Both the position numbers and the translations under genes were made by a program. The notes under the pieces are model-generated. The model was not told the origin of the DNA. It saw only the letters and a list, made by a program, of their open reading frames with translations, and searched no databases. A stretch of 64,000 bases of DNA from a virus, in the IMG/VR virus record IMGVR_UViG_3300037311_000355. One strand, 5' to 3'. Positions within the stretch are counted from its first letter, which is position 1; each line of letters begins with the position of its first letter. Below are positions 62,401 through 64,000 of the stretch, piece by piece.

Positions 62401-63838
62401 CTGCTACCGCCCATCTCACATCTGCGTCGGCGTCGGTGTGTAGCGCGTGTAAGATGTCAGAAGGAGCCAATTCATTAGACAGCGCAGCGGTATGGCCGCG
62501 GTAGCCGTGACTGATCTTATTATGAAATATTTTTTTCACGTTTTCAGCAGAGGTATTTTTTGTCGTGTGCGGCGACACCAGATATTCGTTTTCGTTGCCA
62601 AATTTTTGACTAGTCGCGTTTTTGTGACCGAGATCGTAGCTGTACCAGATGTTGTCCAAGGGCACCATTCGGTGTTTCATCGTATCGCCGAAACCCGTGT
62701 TTTCTACGTCGCCGTAGCTGTGCAGCTGGTGTTCGGGACCGGTTTTAAAGACACCCTTGTACCCCCTGGTAAGCGCGACATGAGGCCTGCCGTCGATGGT
62801 ATGTACTCGATGACTGGCATGAGCTAAGATGTTTTCTCTCAGCCTGTTTTTGTGCCAGCGCAATTGCCGGGCTATTTTTTTACCGTGGGCGGCGGCGAAT
62901 TCGTGAAGGTCTTCAATAGTTATGTGTGAATTTTTTTCCGCCGCACCGCCGCTCTGGTGCAGGTCCATAAAGTTTTTGTCGGCTCGGGCCGCGGATTTCG
63001 CGTTGGCGTAGTTTTTGCGGTTTTCCATGACATTGACGATGTATTTAAGCGCCAGACTCGCCGGGTGATGAGGACTGTGCTTGTAGTGTCTGAAAAGCGT
63101 GCTTGCGCTGGGTTCGCGGTTTTTGTAAAACTGAAACTCTTTTTCTATTTTTGTCTTCTTGCGCTCGGCTTTTTCAAGCCCGTCGCCGTCGTCGTTTTCT
63201 TGGTGTTCGCGGTCGTGTTTGGCCTGATCCCAGGGATCGTCGAATTCCACGGGTTTCGGCGACGCCGGAGCGGGCTCTGGCTTCCGGTTTTCATTGCCCT
63301 GTTTTTCACCGTCTTCGCTCGCCGCCAGTTTTTTACCGGAAAATGGCAGCGTCTCCACGGTTACCGCGCCTTCGCAATACACGGGATCGCTGAACCGGAT
63401 GTCGGTGAACCCGGATTTCACATGCTGGTCGTAAATGGATTTGGGAACCGTGACACGGGCTTGAAAACTAGGGTACGTGTATCCGGTGCCGCGGTGGCGT
63501 TTGTAGACGTTTTTATAGGCCTCTGGCATGCCGTGGAGCTTGATGTGATAGTAGGCGTTGCCGTCGGGACCCTGAAACACACCGGGCTCCTGCGTCAGTT
63601 TGTGCTCGCCGGGGTTGGGAAGGCCTCGGAAGTCGTCAAGATGGCGTCTCGCGTTGTCTTCGGGTTTGAATTGTTTCACTGTTACGTGATACGGCAAGCC
63701 GTTGGGCTGATGGCTTTCCCCGTTTACGGCGACAGGCACTATGATGCTGTGACGCTCGCTGGCGCGGCGCTTATAGGCGGCGTCGGTTTTTTTAAGCGCG
63801 CCCGCGGCTCCACGCAGGGCATCCCAGAGTTTTCCCAT
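59417..63838 (-). CDS. polyvalent multi-enzyme protein (2H phosphoesterase-like, R-S-E ART-like, HEAT/LRV repeat, ART-PolyVal-like, HExxH peptidase, GNAT, unknown domains)
   Basis: YHVTV; LTRG/LHSY/ENEYLV; AYHGS...GHGIYLS...EAGFYA; HEAGH; VDVHPEHQRKGLASAMY. Confidence 0.8.
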   Translation of the reverse strand: MGKLWDALRGAAGALKKTDAAYKRRASERHSIIVPVAVNGESHQPNGLPYHVTVKQFKPEDNARRHLDDFRGLPNPGEHKLTQEPGVFQGPDGNAYYHIKLHGMPEAYKNVYKRHRGTGYTYPSFQARVTVPKSIYDQHVKSGFTDIRFSDPVYCEGAVTVETLPFSGKKLAASEDGEKQGNENRKPEPAPASPKPVEFDDPWDQAKHDREHQENDDGDGLEKAERKKTKIEKEFQFYKNREPSASTLFRHYKHSPHHPASLALKYIVNVMENRKNYANAKSAARADKNFMDLHQSGGAAEKNSHITIEDLHEFAAAHGKKIARQLRWHKNRLRENILAHASHRVHTIDGRPHVALTRGYKGVFKTGPEHQLHSYGDVENTGFGDTMKHRMVPLDNIWYSYDLGHKNATSQKFGNENEYLVSPHTTKNTSAENVKKIFHNKISHGYRGHTAALSNELAPSDILHALHTDADADVRWAVAEHPNYKSAKQQKPKPLAASELRKSPLAYHGSPNDFESFDTDKAGSQHGTSRGHGIYLSSSKNEAGFYANLRSDPGKGGLYRVDRPSDHEMLHWDLPVAKQPKKVRDAIRGTQGYRDANDRAAKSPGQFLTGEQLKGGEFYGGHRHYLNMSDKEISAHLHQLGIKGIKYQHDDHHNYVVFDPRDAKILSRQRRPGTRTEKLGVKKSQPRLRFPGYGIDDKTSSVAIVTTPRQREIQARRVINYHPRARFLTDAGVEQNVKRVLRNFAPSKLGGAQIQGESEDKDVAFAYGGKYNKVRNPGQSEGRLSAQKRLEYTQAHEAGHQAMDALGHKIGHGNADAVLRDLIGKHFSAEHQSAMHNYLTTVGYKPEKSGYVQEVLNTTRDVLSNPEKRQRFIYHAGKLDPSYSDPNKSRALIQDMKRGWKRVAAAALELRPESGDQRLAASESLALLYKSWTDKKLAELRMQRPRTAKEDQKARSEHGRAIDAAVRAAEAAMSGKKQSKPNVTRPAVKKSASADGGAPKDAGAEKKRRETARMWALIDKYYPDKKEKQAPKKTNPLKKEQWENLRHKTGLNPIHGWISPEGKYRHMDPGETHSTVLARRTLKIGPEDRIYMTEGELGAHMNAKLKEGWIAVGVAGQPSVRGHSSVLLNRRHPAHQKLRSLIADAQNDKNNRAGFWTRDFEIAHVDGSPVQGTSAHPTRPEIGYADANHFVRHGTYAPRQGSEIKKGARGDWKSEGYKILHDKSTPGAHAMQALDSSGRVVGHVVAEDLGDGTMQANIVDVHPEHQRKGLASAMYASLESRTGLRMVPDLEAQSKEGAALWRQKNRGFGKPVKKVETLNKSVYRVPVETGLNHRVHKNPSPGQAKKLFQGAKAEAMRYFGDPNGHLHMWDAHDLTHEQVMTHNGIEHTSDNYAGAGVVTSPEEAERVAQNFLRSRRPIKKSENKSVSHPIVGAPHAIFSVENSPYADKIKKQISHDDAIAALRAIKGGGRAFD
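59433..59441 (-). repeat. G9 homopolymer separating two halves of one reading frame
   Basis: Nine C on the + strand; G8 would fuse 63838..58720 into 1705 aa. Confidence 0.9.
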
Positions 63839-63840
63839 GG

Positions 63841-64000
63841 CTATATGTTACTCATAAAAGCTTTTTTTGCAAAAATTCTTTTAATCTGACCCAAAAGCTC
63901 TGCTTTTCTTTTTTCCAAGTCGGCGATTCTGGTTTGAAATATCTGTACGCCGGGGTTGGAACGCGATTGACTGATGCCGTCTTGGCTAAGCGCTACGCTG
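63841..64000 (-). CDS. 3' end of a head-tail adaptor/neck-like protein entering from the right edge
   Basis: Manual translation SVALSQDGISQSRSNPGVQIFQTRIADLEKRK...MSNI*. Confidence 0.65.
   Translation of the reverse strand, partial: SVALSQDGISQSRSNPGVQIFQTRIADLEKRKAELLGQIKRIFAKKAFMSNI

Noticed and set aside
1-64000. Stop-codon reassignment (TAG or TGA read-through) as in some large phages
   Set aside because: Long genes end cleanly at TAG (e.g. tape measure at 18831) and TGA (e.g. 1166, 9785) with the next start adjacent; coding density under the standard code is high.

Overview
This window is part of a large contractile-tailed (myovirus-type) dsDNA phage genome. No rRNA, tRNA, CRISPR array, integrase or transposase was recognised. 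Two minus-strand virion blocks flank an accessory zone. The first block (1-21.2 kb) holds baseplate wedge/J-like, LysM+gp25-like, delta-60 propeller, spike, hub and tape-measure genes. The second (43-64 kb) holds fibre/decoration, tail tube, sheath, neck/tail-completion and head-associated genes. The mostly plus-strand accessory zone (21.3-43 kb) has many small paralogous ORFs, an ATP-dependent DNA ligase, a cellular-type RNase III on an inverted island, DUF932, MmcB-like, MazG-like, amidoligase-like and Rrf2 genes, and a putative lysis cassette. Main observations: (1) A 1473-aa multi-enzyme 'polyvalent' protein (2H phosphoesterase-like, ADP-ribosyltransferase-like domains, HExxH peptidase, GNAT) has modules separated by a recurring Phi-x-K/A-S/A-(E) linker, and would extend to 1705 aa if a G9 tract were G8. 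(2) An mCpol-like nucleotide-cyclase gene ends in a textbook -1 frameshift cassette (CCCAAAA + 5 nt + hairpin) that adds 67 aa. (3) Six dispersed genes are built from 21-bp GDVSG(L/I)x heptad repeats, one of them disrupted by a copy of neighbouring DNA. (4) Two promoter grammars occur: a CAATCTTT-type motif before virion genes, and sigma70 promoters with the ATG exactly 6 nt after the -10 box. All protein-family calls are by-eye motif recognition, not database searches.
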